Shown: one piece after another, positions 32,968 to 43,409 of the stretch
Layout of the letters: each line of letters opens with the position of its first letter
Numbering within the stretch: position 1 is the first letter of the stretch
Assembly: GCA_025594325.1 (NCBI GenBank)
Contig: JANHCV010000004.1
Location: forward strand, 2,046,001 to 2,110,000
Origin: Blastocladiella emersonii ATCC 22665
Lineage: Eukaryota; Fungi; Blastocladiomycota
DNA length: 64,000 nt
Direction: 5' to 3'
The notes under the pieces: model-generated
Told to the model about the DNA's origin: nothing
Databases searched by the model: none
What the model saw: the letters and a program-made list of their open reading frames with translations, nothing else
Position numbers and translations under genes: made by a program

Positions 32968-34221
32968 ATGTACATTGGCCTGACGCTGCCCATCCTGCTG
33001 GGCCTGGGCGTCGGGTGCGTGGCCGCGGCACTGTGCCTCGTCTACGCCGTGCGCCGCATCACGTCGCCCCCACCACCGCCACTCGGCCGCATCTCACCCG
33101 TCGTCCCGCTGTCGGCCGTGACCATGCTGCGCCGCCGCCAGTCGGCCGCCTCGTCGCTCTCGCACCCGGCTTCCGGGACCTCATGGCCCGCGGGCGACGG
33201 CGTCGACGACGATCAGGGGCTCGGTGGTCCGGGCTCGCGCCGCCGCAGCGGCCGCCCGCGTCCTGACAGCGCGCACTCGACGGCGGGGACGGGCACGGGG
33301 ACCGCCCGCGCGCCGAAACCCATGTACCGTCTCGGCCGCATCCTGACCACGGTGCGCCGCGCCAAGTCGCAGCGCCACCACCAGAAGATGGTCGGCCTGC
33401 TCGCGACGCAGCACGACCTCATGAAGCAGTGGACGCACCCGGACGTGGCTCCCGCCGCCGACCCCGCCACGAGTTTGGCATCACCATCCTCGTCGTCGTC
33501 GTTTGCTGCCAAGTCGCTCGCCACGTCGGCGTCGCTGAGCGAGTTTGCGCTCGACACGCCGCGGGAACCCCCCGCGACACCCGCCAGCGCGCGTACGCCC
33601 GCGGGCTCGCCCGGCAAGTCCGCTGCGACGTCGCCCTCGCCGCGCCGCCAGCTCTCGGTGCGCTTCTCCATGGACCACCTGGCCGGCGGCGGGGGTGGCG
33701 GCCTACCGCCACCAAGGCGACCGTCGGCCTCGTCGCTCGGCCCGCTGGCGCGCCGCGTGTCCATTCTCGCCGGGCGCGCCCCACCACCACCACAACCGCA
33801 GCAACAACAGCCGACGCGCGGCCCGACCGACAGCTTCTACGAGCTCGCCGACCTCGGCCTGCTGCAGCCGCCTTCGCCAGCACCTGTACAGCCACCACCA
33901 CCACTCGCGGCAGCAGCATCGATTGACGGTCCACCTCGGAACGCGAGCACCGCGGCGGCTGCCGGTGTGACTTTCGCCAAGCTGCCGCCCGCGCGGCACC
34001 GTCCGCTGCGCGCCGACGCGGCTGCGGCAGAGCAGGTCATCCGGCCCGCGTCCTCGGCCGCGTCGCTCTTCACGCTCGATGAGGAGGAGGACGACTACGC
34101 GCCGTCCGAGGTCGCGCCGCCGCGCCGCGACTCGAAGCTCGTGCTGCACCCGCCCGCCGTCGCGCACCGCCGCGGCCCGTCGCCCGCACGTCTGGCCGCG
34201 GCTGCTGCGCTGCCCCGCTAA
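32968..34221 (+). CDS. Hypothetical single-pass membrane protein with an N-terminal anchor
   Basis: GCCATG start; MYIGLTLPILLGLGVGCVAAALCLVYAV followed by RR; Ser/Pro/Ala-rich cytoplasmic tail. Confidence 0.7.
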   Translation: MYIGLTLPILLGLGVGCVAAALCLVYAVRRITSPPPPPLGRISPVVPLSAVTMLRRRQSAASSLSHPASGTSWPAGDGVDDDQGLGGPGSRRRSGRPRPDSAHSTAGTGTGTARAPKPMYRLGRILTTVRRAKSQRHHQKMVGLLATQHDLMKQWTHPDVAPAADPATSLASPSSSSSFAAKSLATSASLSEFALDTPREPPATPASARTPAGSPGKSAATSPSPRRQLSVRFSMDHLAGGGGGGLPPPRRPSASSLGPLARRVSILAGRAPPPPQPQQQQPTRGPTDSFYELADLGLLQPPSPAPVQPPPPLAAAASIDGPPRNASTAAAAGVTFAKLPPARHRPLRADAAAAEQVIRPASSAASLFTLDEEEDDYAPSEVAPPRRDSKLVLHPPAVAHRRGPSPARLAAAAALPR

Positions 34222-34699
34222 AACCACCAACGATTGAGACTAGAGCGCTTGTTCGCACCACTGCACATACTGTAATCTATATCATCATCCATTCATCCGT
34301 CAACGTGCCGCGCGAAGCGAAGGGAAAAGGAAAGGAAAGTGTCTCTCAGCCGCACGTGATTTCAGCGCGCGATGGCGCGACGCGTCGCGCGGTGCGAGAC
34401 ACCGCTGCGCGCGCGCATGTTCGTTTGCGGAAGGCGCTCGTGCTTGTTAACGGCGCGTCTCCCTCCCCCTCCCTCCCTCCCTCCCCGGAATACGATCGCC
34501 GCGGGCACGCCGCCGGACAACGGTCGGCGGGCGTCTTGCCTGTTCACGCCGCCTCCCGACTTCCGTCCGCATGCGCGCGCACACCGCCCGCGCTTGCCTC
34601 TTCAGGAACCACGCACGCTCCTCCCCCGGCCGGCCGAAACACGAAACGCGACGCGTAGACACGACTCTAGACCGCGCGCCATAGACTAGACACGGAGCC

Positions 34700-36244
34700 A
34701 TGGCCACCACCAACGCCAGCTGGACTGCCGCGACTTCGCCTTCTTCTTCCTTTTCGCTCCCGTCAAACTCTTCTTCCGCTACGACTTCTGGATCCCTGCC
34801 GCCATCGACTCTGGCCGGTAATAACAACACCAACGCCACCAACGCATCGACGAACCCGCTCGACGACGGCGCCGCGTGGAATGCATCGAGTCCCGCTGCC
34901 CCCGCTGTGAATGTGACCCTGCCCTCGACCTCGCTCAACACCAACACCACCGATTCGTCTCCGCCACTCGTCAAGCAGGGCATCGCCACCATCATGAACG
35001 CCGCGTCGTCCGCGACCCCGTCAGCATCGTCGACCTCGGCGGCGACGACGTGGGAGGCCACGCCGTGGTTCCTCGCGTCCAAGCCGACCCCGCCGCCTAC
35101 CTCCTCCTCCTCGACCTCCCCGTCTACAACTACCACCACGGCGACCGCCGCCATCGCGCGCACGTTCCCGAACGCCGTGACCGTGTTCGACCCGTCATCC
35201 ACCTCGCCCGCCACGACGACGCCCGCCGACTCGTCCGCGTCCGCGCACACCGTCTCGCTGGGCCTGATGCTCGGCATCCTGCTCCCAATCGCCGCACTAC
35301 TCGGCGTCCTCGCCGCGGTCCTGGTCCACACGCGGCGCAAGCTGCACCGCCGCCGGCGGGGTCGCCAGGGCAGCAGCGCAGCCGCGTCGTCGCTCGGCGG
35401 GATCGACGAGGAGCTCGCGACCGCGTACGTCGCCGCGCACCATACCCACCCGGCGCTCGTGCCCTCCGCCTCGAGCCATCACCTACACCACCACCGCGTC
35501 CATCCCGGCGGGTTCGCGTCGCCACATACGACGCCGGCGGCGTCGCGCCGCGGCAGCCACGTGCCGTCGCTCGAGTTCCAGCGCCGCGCGGTCCCGCTCG
35601 CTGGCGCCGAGGTGCCCGTTGCGGCCGGCGCAGAGGCCGAGGATGGCGACGACGACGACGAGGCGCCCGCGGCGATCCGCGTCCTGCACACGCCGCCGCG
35701 GCCGCGGTCGATGCGCAGCCTGAGCCTCGTCGACGCGGCCGCGGGCGAGTCGAGCCCCGCGGTCGCTGGAATCGCGCCGTCGCCGTCGTTCGTCATGCAG
35801 CTCGACCACGCGCAGTGCGACCAGCTCGCCGAGTACGTCACACTGCCCGCGGCGGCTGAGGCCGTGGCGGTGGTCGCCACTGCGCCGACGGTTCCGGCGA
35901 AAGACGCGCGGCCGCGCCCGCGGTCCTCGACCGCGTCGGGTCCCGCGACACCCGCTGCCGACGCACGCCCACGGTCCCGCTCGGCGACATCTACCGCCGC
36001 ACCGGCGCCGCCCGCGGGCGCCGCGGCACCCGCCTCACGTCCTACTGCGCCCGCGTCGCGCTCCGCGAACCGCGCGTCGGTCCCGGCGTCCCCGCGCCGC
36101 GGTCCGCGCCGGAGCCACATCATTCCGCCGGCGTCGGGGCTGCCGGGGAGCCGGCTCGGGACGACGCCGCGGCGGCCGTCGTCGCTGTCGCTGTCGGTGA
36201 TCAGCCGGTCGGATCTCGAGTGGGAGGACGAGGAGGACGAGTGA
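34700..36244 (+). CDS. Mucin-like single-pass membrane protein (Mid2/Wsc-like topology)
   Basis: Ser/Thr-rich N-terminus with multiple N-x-S/T sequons, TM helix LGLMLGILLPIAALLGVLAAVLV, basic stop-transfer TRRKLHRRRR, disordered tail. Confidence 0.75.
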   Translation: MATTNASWTAATSPSSSFSLPSNSSSATTSGSLPPSTLAGNNNTNATNASTNPLDDGAAWNASSPAAPAVNVTLPSTSLNTNTTDSSPPLVKQGIATIMNAASSATPSASSTSAATTWEATPWFLASKPTPPPTSSSSTSPSTTTTTATAAIARTFPNAVTVFDPSSTSPATTTPADSSASAHTVSLGLMLGILLPIAALLGVLAAVLVHTRRKLHRRRRGRQGSSAAASSLGGIDEELATAYVAAHHTHPALVPSASSHHLHHHRVHPGGFASPHTTPAASRRGSHVPSLEFQRRAVPLAGAEVPVAAGAEAEDGDDDDEAPAAIRVLHTPPRPRSMRSLSLVDAAAGESSPAVAGIAPSPSFVMQLDHAQCDQLAEYVTLPAAAEAVAVVATAPTVPAKDARPRPRSSTASGPATPAADARPRSRSATSTAAPAPPAGAAAPASRPTAPASRSANRASVPASPRRGPRRSHIIPPASGLPGSRLGTTPRRPSSLSLSVISRSDLEWEDEEDE

Positions 36245-36315
36245 CGGGGCGAGGGATCTCATGCACACACGCACTAACCAAATCACAAAATACATTTTCT
36301 TGCACGAAGGACTAC

Positions 36316-38121
36316 TCATGGGGCAGCGGGTCCGTCCTCGGCGGCGGTGGGCGCGGGCGGGAACAGCGGGATGGCCTGGACGAGTCCCGCAGCCGCAGCG
36401 ACCTCGGCCTCGATCTCGCCGAGCTTCTTGGACGTCCATTCGCGCAGTGCGACGGCGGTTTCGCGGACATTCCCGATCTCGCGCGCGATAGCGGCGAGCT
36501 CCGCCTCGACCTCGGCCTCGGCGGCGCCGCGCTCGGCGATCGCGGCCTGGAGCCGGGTGGTGGCGTCGACGGCCTCGCACTCGGCGCGGTCGCGCATATC
36601 GGCGGCCTCGGCGATGCGTGCGCGGCGCGCGTCGCTCATCTTGTTGAGGTGGTCCTCGACGAGGTCCAGGTCGCGGCGCACCGCCGACTCGCGGTCCTCG
36701 ACCTCGTTGTGCAGCTTGTCGTTCCGCTTCTGCAGGTCGGCCACGGCCTTGTCCAGCTCCGCGTACGTCTCGGTGGCCGCCGCGAGCTTGTGCTCCACGT
36801 CGCGCCGCGACTGGCTCAGCGAGTCCGACAGCCGCGTCAGCGCCGCGACCATCTGCTCGAGCTCGTGCGCCGACAGCGGCGCGGCCACCAGCGGGCCCGT
36901 CACATTGTCGGACCCGGTCGCCGCCGCGGAGGCGGTCGCGGGGTTGGCCGACGACGATGACGACGAGAAGCGCGAGATGCGCGACTCGATGGCGAAATCG
37001 GACCCGTGCGCCGTGGCGAACTCGGCAAAGGCGCCGCCGGGGAGGAGGCCGAGGACGCGGGCGCGCGCCGTAAAGTCGGTGAAGGCCTTGCGCGCGGTGG
37101 CGCGCACGGCGCGGGCCTCGTCGACCGCCGCGTCGTTCCGCTTGGACCACTCGGCGACCTGGTCGCGCAGCACGGCGAGCTGGTCGAGGTACTCGGCCTC
37201 GCGCTTCACGAGGTCCTTGAGGCGGTCGACGGGGATGCCCTGCGCGAGCACGCGGTCCTTGAGGTCGGCGGCGGCGTGCTGCGCCTCGGCGAGCGCCGCC
37301 TCGACCCGGTTCAGCTCGGCGAGCGCGTCTTCGGCGTCGACCACGGCGCGGCGCAGGGCCTCGCGCTCGGTGCGGATCTGGTTCGCTGCCTCGACGGTCG
37401 CGGCCGCCAGCTCGGTCTGCTCCGCGACGAGCGGGTCGAGCTTGGGCGGGACCTCGCCCAGCTTCGCGACGGCGGCGTCGAGGTTGCGGAGCTCGAGGTC
37501 GAGCCGCTTGCCCTCCTCGTTGATGCGCGTGTTCACGGCCTGGAACTCGAGGTCGATGGCGACGCGCACGTCCACCTCGGAGGCGCCGGCCATGCGGGCG
37601 CGGTAGTCGCGGATGCGGTTGTTGTAGGCCGTAGCGTTGTTGAGGGTGGCGAGGCGGGCGACCTCGCGGAAGTGCGCCGTCTGCTCGATGACGTCGAGCA
37701 TCCAGTCGAGCAGGGCGAGCGACACGGGCCACCGGGTCGCGTCGTGCGGCGTCGCCATGTGCGCGGACGTGAGCATGTGCGCGTACGGGTACCCGAGGCC
37801 CTCGACGATGACGGGCTTGAAGTCGTTCTTGAAGTCCTTGGCCGACGTGTCGAAGCGGTACCGCGGGTCGATCTGCAGGTACATGAACTTGAGCATCTCC
37901 TCCCACATCTTCTTGGTCAGCTTGGTGAAGTCCTGCGGCTTGCCCTGCGCGCGGAACCACTCGTCGAGCCGTGCCGTCGTGCGCTGCCGCCACGCCAGCG
38001 TCTTGATGGGCCGCGGGTCCTCGGGCTTGGCCGCGTCGCCCCGCCGCCGCGGCGTCCCCGGCACCGACCCGGACGCGCCGCCGCCGCCGCGCGACATGCG
38101 CCGCGTACCGCTGCTGCTCAT
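36316..38121 (-). CDS. NDC80: Kinetochore protein Ndc80/Hec1
   Basis: CH-domain signature DPRPIK...MLKFMYLQIDPRYRF...EGLGYPY...RWPVSLALLDWM followed by a long coiled coil. Start placed at ATG 38121. Confidence 0.87.
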   Translation of the reverse strand: MSSSGTRRMSRGGGGASGSVPGTPRRRGDAAKPEDPRPIKTLAWRQRTTARLDEWFRAQGKPQDFTKLTKKMWEEMLKFMYLQIDPRYRFDTSAKDFKNDFKPVIVEGLGYPYAHMLTSAHMATPHDATRWPVSLALLDWMLDVIEQTAHFREVARLATLNNATAYNNRIRDYRARMAGASEVDVRVAIDLEFQAVNTRINEEGKRLDLELRNLDAAVAKLGEVPPKLDPLVAEQTELAAATVEAANQIRTEREALRRAVVDAEDALAELNRVEAALAEAQHAAADLKDRVLAQGIPVDRLKDLVKREAEYLDQLAVLRDQVAEWSKRNDAAVDEARAVRATARKAFTDFTARARVLGLLPGGAFAEFATAHGSDFAIESRISRFSSSSSSANPATASAAATGSDNVTGPLVAAPLSAHELEQMVAALTRLSDSLSQSRRDVEHKLAAATETYAELDKAVADLQKRNDKLHNEVEDRESAVRRDLDLVEDHLNKMSDARRARIAEAADMRDRAECEAVDATTRLQAAIAERGAAEAEVEAELAAIAREIGNVRETAVALREWTSKKLGEIEAEVAAAAGLVQAIPLFPPAPTAAEDGPAAP

Positions 38122-38412
38122 GGTGTTCACTATGCGTGGGTTTGATGCGCGCGTGATGGGGTTCGGCAGAGGGGAGAAAGAGGGAGAGCGCACTCGCGCA
38201 CACGGGACGACGTGCGGCCGTGGGATGCGCGCGCGTCACCTGACGCGGGCCATGAGGCGCGCGCGGTCTCTCTCTCCCTCTCGGGTCGGTCGGTCGGCGC
38301 CCGCTGAACGGCGAGCGCCGCTTCCTTCTCTCCTCATTCATCACCGCCCGACTCTGCACGCCCACCCATGTAACATCCCGGCCGGGAAGTTGGAGACCTT
38401 GAACCTTGAACC

Positions 38413-40218
38413 ATGGGCCGGAAACGCGCGCAGCGGCGCCGCCGGTCCACGCTCGTCCCCTCCTCCGCCGGCGGCGACGACGACCCGGCGTCCGCAGCCT
38501 TCTCGTCGGCCTACCCGCCGCCCACGCACGCGCCATGGACCGTGACGCACTGGGACGCCGAGCTGCTGGCTTCGTCGCCGCCGCCCTCCCTCAGCAGCAC
38601 CCCGACGCCGCCCGCCGCCTCCCGCTCTGCCGCCACCACGCCGCGCCGCTCGCACACGCCCGACGGCCGCCGTCCCGCCCACCTGCGCGCGCCCGACCGC
38701 TCGCGCGCTGCGTCCGTACAGAGCGTGCGCGACCGGGCGCGGTCCGACCGCGAGCGCGCCCAGCGGCTCGCCCAGCCGCTTGAGGACTACCTGCAGTACC
38801 TCGACGAGCTGCGCGCCGCGGCCTCGCGCGTCGGCGGGACCGGGTACATGCACGACCACCGGTCGATCCCCGAGAACGTCCTGGATCTCGCGGCCTCACT
38901 CATCCATAGCTGCTGCGAGGCCGTCGCGAACGCTGCGGCGCATGCGGCCAAGGGACGCGGCGGGAACCACCTCCACCACGCGACGCACGCTGGGGCGGCG
39001 GCGGGGGCGAAGCGCCGGCCTGACGATCCCGCGCGGTCGATCGCGTTCATGCGCCGCACGCTCGCGGCCGCCGACGTGTCCACGTCCTCGTTCCTGCTCG
39101 CCATCTACTACATTGACCAGATGCGAAAGCGGCAAGAGGCCCTCGCCCCGCCGCCTACCCCGTCGAGTGCAGCCGCGCCCGCTACGCCGCTAGCGCTAGC
39201 CGCGAACCCGGCGCCGACGCTACGACGATCCAACTCGCGCTCGCGGTCCCTGTCGCGATCGCGGCCCGGGTCGCCCGCCCCCTCGGCTACCGGGTTCGGC
39301 AGCAACGGGAACCTGTTCGCGTCGCCGTCGAGCGCGCCCACCTCGGCGGCATCCTCCCCGACACGGTCCCTGTTCTCGATCCCGTCCATGGCCGTTTCTG
39401 CCGCCACCTCGGCCGTATCCGCTGCCGTCTCGTCTGCGGCCGACCCGCTCGATTCCCTGGCCACGGCCGCCGTCACCGCCGTGGTCCGCGCCGCGATGCA
39501 GCAGCGCACGCCCGCCTCGTCGCCGTACCTGTCCCCGCTGACCCCGCCGCTCCCGCTGCACCTCGACGCCGTCGTCACGCCCGCCTACGCGCCGCCGGTG
39601 CCTCCGCTTCCCGCCGCGCCGTCGACGCTCCCGCGGCTTTTGATCACCACCACGGCGGCAACGTCCGTCCCGCGCGGTCCCACGACACCGACCAACTCGA
39701 CGTCTCCCTACGCGCACCCGCCCGCGCCGCCACCACCAACACCCCTCGCGGACCTGATCTCGCCAACCTCCCCCGAGTCCGGTGCCGCATGGACGCCCGC
39801 GTCGCTGTTCATCGCGGCGCTGATGGTCGCCGACAAGATGCTATTCGACTCGATCTACCGCAACGCCGACTGGGCGGTGCTGACGCCCTTCTCGCTGCGC
39901 GACATCAACCGCGCCGAGCGCGCGTTCCTCGCTGCCGCCGGGTGGCAGCTGCGCGTGCCCGACGCGAGCGAGCTCGAGCGGTTCGTCCTCCAGCTGCAGA
40001 CGCGCGTCGTGCGCGCGCGGTGGGCGAGGGGGATGGGGCTGACGTACTTTGACTTGGGCGTGATTTGGCGGGCCGCCGGTGGGCCATCGGTCGCGGCGAA
40101 GCAGGTCGTGGTTGCGGGGACCAGGCATGTGGCCGCGGGATTGGTCGGGTTGCTCGGCATGATTTTTGGGTGGCTCGCGCTGGTCATGGCGCGCGATGGG
40201 GTGCTCGATCTCAGATAG
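38413..40218 (+). CDS. Pho80/Pcl-type cyclin with a large internal insertion and hydrophobic C-terminus
   Basis: IAFMRRTLAAADVSTSSFLLAIYYIDQM ... LFIAALMVADKMLFDSIYRNADWAVLTPFSLRDINRAERAFLAAAGWQLRV, the PHO85-cyclin box pattern. Confidence 0.85.
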   Translation: MGRKRAQRRRRSTLVPSSAGGDDDPASAAFSSAYPPPTHAPWTVTHWDAELLASSPPPSLSSTPTPPAASRSAATTPRRSHTPDGRRPAHLRAPDRSRAASVQSVRDRARSDRERAQRLAQPLEDYLQYLDELRAAASRVGGTGYMHDHRSIPENVLDLAASLIHSCCEAVANAAAHAAKGRGGNHLHHATHAGAAAGAKRRPDDPARSIAFMRRTLAAADVSTSSFLLAIYYIDQMRKRQEALAPPPTPSSAAAPATPLALAANPAPTLRRSNSRSRSLSRSRPGSPAPSATGFGSNGNLFASPSSAPTSAASSPTRSLFSIPSMAVSAATSAVSAAVSSAADPLDSLATAAVTAVVRAAMQQRTPASSPYLSPLTPPLPLHLDAVVTPAYAPPVPPLPAAPSTLPRLLITTTAATSVPRGPTTPTNSTSPYAHPPAPPPPTPLADLISPTSPESGAAWTPASLFIAALMVADKMLFDSIYRNADWAVLTPFSLRDINRAERAFLAAAGWQLRVPDASELERFVLQLQTRVVRARWARGMGLTYFDLGVIWRAAGGPSVAAKQVVVAGTRHVAAGLVGLLGMIFGWLALVMARDGVLDLR

Positions 40219-40998
40219 CAGTGAGGGAACGAGGAAATGTATTATACAACTACTTTTGGACACCAAGGAACGTGTCTGATTGGTCGACGTGAATGGTTCG
40301 TAACCGTGGACATGGTCGCGACACGGCGGCCGCGAGAAAAGGCGCCCCAAGTTTCGCGTTGCTGCGCAGTCCTTGTGCAGAGCTTAGCGTATAACCTAAC
40401 CTTGGACACCGTGCTATTGTGTCTCTTTGTCAGTCGGCATCGTTTTACCCGCTGGTTGGTCAACGCGAACGGCTCGACCGCGTTGGCCGTGGCCATGGCC
40501 ATGGCCATGGCCATGGTCGCGTCGCAGCGGAAACCGGCGACGCGTCTGACAGCTTCGCGCGACAGCACACGTCTAGCGCTGAGCTTAGCTCATCAGCTCA
40601 TCGAGCGGAGATATGCTGCGACGCGAACAAGGGACGCGTCGCACATCGCGGCGGCGCGACGTCATTCCGAGTGGCGCGGCCGCAAGATGAAGCAGCCGCG
40701 CGAGATGGTGGCGCAGCCGCTCCAGCCACTCCCTTGCTCGACTCGAAATGAAATTCGCGGTGCTGCGGAATCCGTGAACGCGGACCACGCGGAATCGGAG
40801 CACCTGTGCGCGCGACGGCATGGCGTGCTGCTGCGTATAAGTACGTGCAGGTCCCCCGCCCCATCATCGCTGACCTCACCAATCCCACCGTCCATCGACC
40901 TACCCCGCGCCTGGAGCGCTACACGTCTTAAGACCTGCCTTGACGGCACTATATAGTTAGACAGACCACGCATCACCACTCCCATCACCATCACCACC

Positions 40999-42801
40999 AT
41001 GCCTCGCCGCATCCCCACCACCAAGAAGCTCTCGGCGCTCGCCCTCGTCGCGGCGACGCTGTTCCTCCTCGCGGCTGCGCCCGCCCCTGCCGCGTCGCTC
41101 CCCGTGTCGCAGGACGTGCCGCTGCCCATGGCCCCGATCGCTGCGCAGCCGCTCCTCGACCTCGCTGCGGCGCACGCGCGCCCGTCCAACTCGGTCCCGG
41201 CCAAGCGCCAGCTCGGCGTCAACGCCGACGTCCCGCTCCCCGTCGCTCCGACCGAGCCGGCCCCCGCTCCTGCCCCGGCGCCGCCCGCCAAGGAGGAACC
41301 CCCCGTCCCTGTTGCCCCGCAGCCGGAGCCGCCCAAGGAGCCTGCCCCTGCTCCCGCCCCGCCCGCCAAGGAGGAGCCCCCGGTCCCGCAGCCGCCCAAG
41401 CAGGAGGAGCCTAAGCCCGAGCCGCCGAAGCAGCAGGAGCCTGCCCCGGCTCCCGCGCCCGCGCCTTCGAAGCCTGAGCCGAAGCCTGAGCCTGCTCCTG
41501 CTCCTGCCCCTGTCCCTGCTCCTGCACCGGAGCCTCAGGAGCCCGAGCCCCCGAAGCGCCCTGCTCCCGCGCCGGCCCCGCCCAAGCAGAAGGACCCCGA
41601 GCCGCCCGTCCCCGCTCCCCCGGCGCCCGCCCCGACGACGCAGCCGCCCGTCCCCGCGCCTCCCGCGCCGACGGCCTCGACGCAGCCCCCGGTTCCGACT
41701 CCGCCCGCGCAGACGGCAACTTCGTCGCAGCCGCCCGCCGCAACGCCTACGGACCAGGTCGGCCCGATCGACAACTCGAAGCCGTCGAAGCCGCCCGCGA
41801 TCCCGCCGCAGCAGCCCGAGCCGTCGAGCACGGCGATGTCGGATACAAGTACCGCCACGTCGACGACCACCGCCTCGGCTTCGGCGTCCGCGACGTCGAG
41901 CGCTGGTGCTTCGGCTACGACCTCGTCCGCTGCCTCGACGACGGCGACGACTACTTCGGCGGCCGCGACCAGCACCTCGACCTCGGCCGCCTCATCGTCG
42001 TCGACCACGTTCGACGCTTCCTCGTCGACTTCGGCCTCCTCGGCGACCTCCTTCTCGACGTCGTTCGGCGCCAGCACCTCGGCCACGGCCACGGTCCCGA
42101 CGCCGACGGCGCTCCCTGGCCGCCCGGCCGTCACGGTGATCCCGCCTCCGTCGGCTGCCCCCGCTCCTGCTCCGACCGCGTCGGCTTCGGCTACGACGAG
42201 TTCGGCTTCGACTGCTTCGGCGTCGAGTTCGGCGAGCCAGACCGCGTCCGCTACGGCCTCGGCGCCCGCTGCTGGCCGCCCGACGGTGACCCCGATCCGC
42301 GCCACGGTTCCCGCTTCCTCTTCGACGACGGCGGCGGCTTCGACCTCGGCTAGCGCTACGACCTCCGCCTCGGCTGCCCCGACTGCGACCGCGACTACGG
42401 CCGCGCCCGGCAAGCCGAACCCGACGGCCGCCCCGCAGCAGCCTCCCGCGTCGACCTCGACCTCCGCCGCCGCGGCCCCCGCGCCAGCTCCAACGCAGCC
42501 CGCGTACCGCAAGTCGGCCAAGGTCGGCATCAACCTCGGCATGTCGGGTTCCGGGTCGGGCAGCATGACGGGCGGCCTCGTGACGGGCATCGACGCGGAC
42601 GTGCCCGGCGTGACGTCGGGCGCCGAGGGCACGATCGGCGGGTCGATTGGCGGCCCGCTCACGCAAATGGTGTCGGGCGTCGCCAACACGGCGCTCAAGG
42701 GCGTCAACGCGGCGCTCGCGGCGCCCATGGCGATGGTCGAGCCCGTCGTGTCGACGGTGACCAAGCCGCTCGGGCTGTTCGGGCGCCCGACTCGCAAGTA
42801 A
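40999..42801 (+). CDS. Secreted Pro/Ala/Ser/Thr-rich protein
   Basis: Signal-like KKLSALALVAATLFLLAAAPAPA; PAPAP/KEEPP repeats, then a Ser/Thr/Ala tract; TATA-like CTATATAG near 40949. Confidence 0.8.
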   Translation: MPRRIPTTKKLSALALVAATLFLLAAAPAPAASLPVSQDVPLPMAPIAAQPLLDLAAAHARPSNSVPAKRQLGVNADVPLPVAPTEPAPAPAPAPPAKEEPPVPVAPQPEPPKEPAPAPAPPAKEEPPVPQPPKQEEPKPEPPKQQEPAPAPAPAPSKPEPKPEPAPAPAPVPAPAPEPQEPEPPKRPAPAPAPPKQKDPEPPVPAPPAPAPTTQPPVPAPPAPTASTQPPVPTPPAQTATSSQPPAATPTDQVGPIDNSKPSKPPAIPPQQPEPSSTAMSDTSTATSTTTASASASATSSAGASATTSSAASTTATTTSAAATSTSTSAASSSSTTFDASSSTSASSATSFSTSFGASTSATATVPTPTALPGRPAVTVIPPPSAAPAPAPTASASATTSSASTASASSSASQTASATASAPAAGRPTVTPIRATVPASSSTTAAASTSASATTSASAAPTATATTAAPGKPNPTAAPQQPPASTSTSAAAAPAPAPTQPAYRKSAKVGINLGMSGSGSGSMTGGLVTGIDADVPGVTSGAEGTIGGSIGGPLTQMVSGVANTALKGVNAALAAPMAMVEPVVSTVTKPLGLFGRPTRK

Positions 42802-43409
42802 GTTGAGATGGTGGTCTGTCTGTACAGCAGTGTAGAAAGAATACAGTTTTTGATTTATTGGTTGATTTGATTGTATGAACTATGATACAAAGAAATTGAC
42901 AACTGTGCCGAGGAGCTTAGCGCAACGGACACTGCAGACTACGCTGAGGTAGATAAATGTACACTGGGCGCTAACGAAGAGGTCATCCAGTGCAGAACAC
43001 TCGAGTAGCGGGTCTAAGACACACGGGAAAAGAGGCTGCCAGATGTACAGCAGTGTAGAAAGAATAGGTTGATTGATCGGATCATTGATGGAAGGCGTGG
43101 GCGAGCGAGTCGCAGTGACTGAGGATGCGTCAGGGACGGCGCACGCACGTGTGGCAGGGCAAGCCTCCTCGCGAGCGCGTCGCTCAAGCGGTTTTGGCGA
43201 GAAAGCGGGCGGTCCCACGGCCATCCCAAGCCGCCACACGCGCTTCCTTCTCCCCGTAGGCTTCCCCTGCGACGTAGCTGCAACGTATCAACGACCCGCT
43301 GCAACTGCGCGAATCTACCACCAGGCAACGTGAGTGCCCTCTGCTCACCCGCCCGCCCCGCGCACCCGTCCGTCCACGACTCACACGCCCTCCCTCGCGT
43401 AGCAGAACC

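Noticed and set aside
38230-38247. Inverted CGCGTCA-CC-TGACGCG (MCB-like) in the NDC80/cyclin divergent promoter
   Set aside because: CGCG words are very frequent at this GC content and there is no second copy to support it.
40491-40514. Short simple repeats: (GGCCAT)n here, (GAGTTC)n near 44670, poly-G near 18496, poly-C near 61555
   Set aside because: Ordinary microsatellites and homopolymers with no further structure.
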